The position numbers and the translations under genes were made by a program. The notes under the pieces are model-generated. The model worked only from the letters and a program-made list of their open reading frames with translations, was not told the origin of the DNA and made no database searches. Below, piece after piece: positions 62,884-64,000 of a DNA stretch of 64,000 nt. Positions within the stretch are counted from its first letter, which is position 1; each line of letters starts with the position of its first letter. Source of the DNA: an uncultured Faecalicatena sp. (lineage in GTDB: Bacteria; Bacillota; Clostridia; Lachnospirales; Lachnospiraceae); assembly GCA_902489075.1 (NCBI GenBank), contig CABTYO010000008.1, positions 10,900-74,899 on the forward strand. The letters run 5' to 3'.

Positions 62884-63485
62884 ACTTTCAAAAACCTTCC
62901 TTTTTCCATATAGTGGATCTGATCACAGATCTGATTGATATGATCCAGCTGATGGTTTACAATCAGCCATGTCACAGGCTCCTTTTTCTGTACATCCAGA
63001 ATCATCCCCTCAAACAGCTCTTCGCTTTCCGGGTCCAGGTTCGACAAAGTCTCATCTACCATAATCAGCTTCGGATGAAAGATCAGTGCCCTGAGAAAGG
63101 AAAGCTTCTGCCGCTCCCCGCTGGACAAAGACTTTGCATACTGCTTTTTCTGCCCCAGAAGCCCCACTCTCTCAAGCATCCGGTCGATCTCCTTCTCATC
63201 CGGCCGGATCCTGCGGATGGTCAGGGGATAGATCAGGTTCTGGTAGACGGATGTGTCCATGAGATAAGGCCTCTGGAACATCATCGTAATATCCCTGGCA
63301 CCCAGCCCCTCATAATCGATGCTGCCCCCATCCGGCTTTAAGATGCCTGCCGCCGTTTTCAGAAACACCGTCTTCCCACAGCCATTCGGACCGACGATTC
63401 CATGGATTTTCCCCGGCTCTATGTACAGATCGTCCACTTTCAGGCAAAACTTTCCGATCGTCTTTTCCAAATCAGTAATTCTCAT
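62880..63485 (-). CDS. tupC: ABC transporter ATPase, probable tungstate TupC
   Basis: GPNGCGKT, MFQRP, LSSGERQ, VDE; context with tupB and moeA. Confidence 0.75.
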   Translation of the reverse strand: MRITDLEKTIGKFCLKVDDLYIEPGKIHGIVGPNGCGKTVFLKTAAGILKPDGGSIDYEGLGARDITMMFQRPYLMDTSVYQNLIYPLTIRRIRPDEKEIDRMLERVGLLGQKKQYAKSLSSGERQKLSFLRALIFHPKLIMVDETLSNLDPESEELFEGMILDVQKKEPVTWLIVNHQLDHINQICDQIHYMEKGRFLKV

Positions 63486-64000
63486 CCTGTTCCTCCTCCT
63501 TCTGGAGTATATCGCAGATCCACTGCAGGATAAATGCCATCACAAGAAGCAGGATTCCAAGCGCAACCCCTTCTGTAAAGATTCCCTGGCTTTTCAGCAG
63601 TGAGATGGTCGTCGTCATGGTCCGCGTCCTTCCTTTGATATTGCCGCCTACCAGCATCACCGCACCCACTTCACTGATGGAACGCCCGAATCCGGTGACC
63701 ATGCAGAAATAGATTTCCCGTCTCATCTCCCGGATCGTAAGCAGTACGCTCTGCCACCGGCTGGCTCCCATGGTCACCGCAAATGTCCGGATTCCGGGAG
63801 CCGATTTTCTGGCATAGGAATAAATCATCCCGCAGATAATCGGGGTAATGATCAGTGTCTGAGCAATCACCATTCCCTTTATGGTAAATAAAAGCGACAA
63901 AGGACCCAAAGGACCCCTTCGCATAATCAGGAGATACACCACCAGGCCCACAACCACCGGCGGCACTCCCATCAGCGTCCGGTTGATGCGGACAATAATC
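63472..64000 (-). CDS. tupB: Tungstate ABC transporter permease TupB, 5' end outside the window
   Basis: LMGVPPVVVGLVVY, GPLG, GFGRSISEVGAVMLVGGNI.G.TR.MTT. Confidence 0.85.
   Translation of the reverse strand, partial: IIVRINRTLMGVPPVVVGLVVYLLIMRRGPLGPLSLLFTIKGMVIAQTLIITPIICGMIYSYARKSAPGIRTFAVTMGASRWQSVLLTIREMRREIYFCMVTGFGRSISEVGAVMLVGGNIKGRTRTMTTTISLLKSQGIFTEGVALGILLLVMAFILQWICDILQKEEEQDENY

Overview
This is a chromosomal segment of a Firmicute. Gene content and order (tig-clpP-clpX-lon-engB-ytvI, tandem-OB ssb, NiCo riboswitch, iorAB-paaK) suggest a Lachnospiraceae-like gut anaerobe, which is an inference. Most of the window is housekeeping: proteostasis, Thr/Lys biosynthesis, secA, prfB with its programmed +1 frameshift, typA, hpf, PBP1A, hprK, uvrC, ftsH, pyrG, and Mo/W cofactor uptake and synthesis. 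Two things are not explained by ordinary annotation. (1) A family of seven intergenic fold-back elements: six are Y-shaped (265-314 nt) and one is a 112-nt mini copy. Their outer stems share little sequence, but their termini (GAT-G..YA-GC ... GCGYCCC) and two ordered loop motifs (NCAA, then ATCA/ATCG) are conserved. Six sit as head-to-head pairs forming ~760-960 bp composites, and two pairs share a spacer motif at an identical offset. (2) An AT-rich ~4.3 kb island encoding a Gfo/Idh/MocA oxidoreductase, a membrane-anchored unknown protein, a radical SAM enzyme and HicAB. Also notable are a sigma-70 paralogue lacking DNA-recognition residues, a NiCo (czcD) riboswitch with an enlarged arm, and a GH2 enzyme with beta-glucuronidase motifs. 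No CRISPR array, rRNA, tRNA, integrase or transposase was seen.
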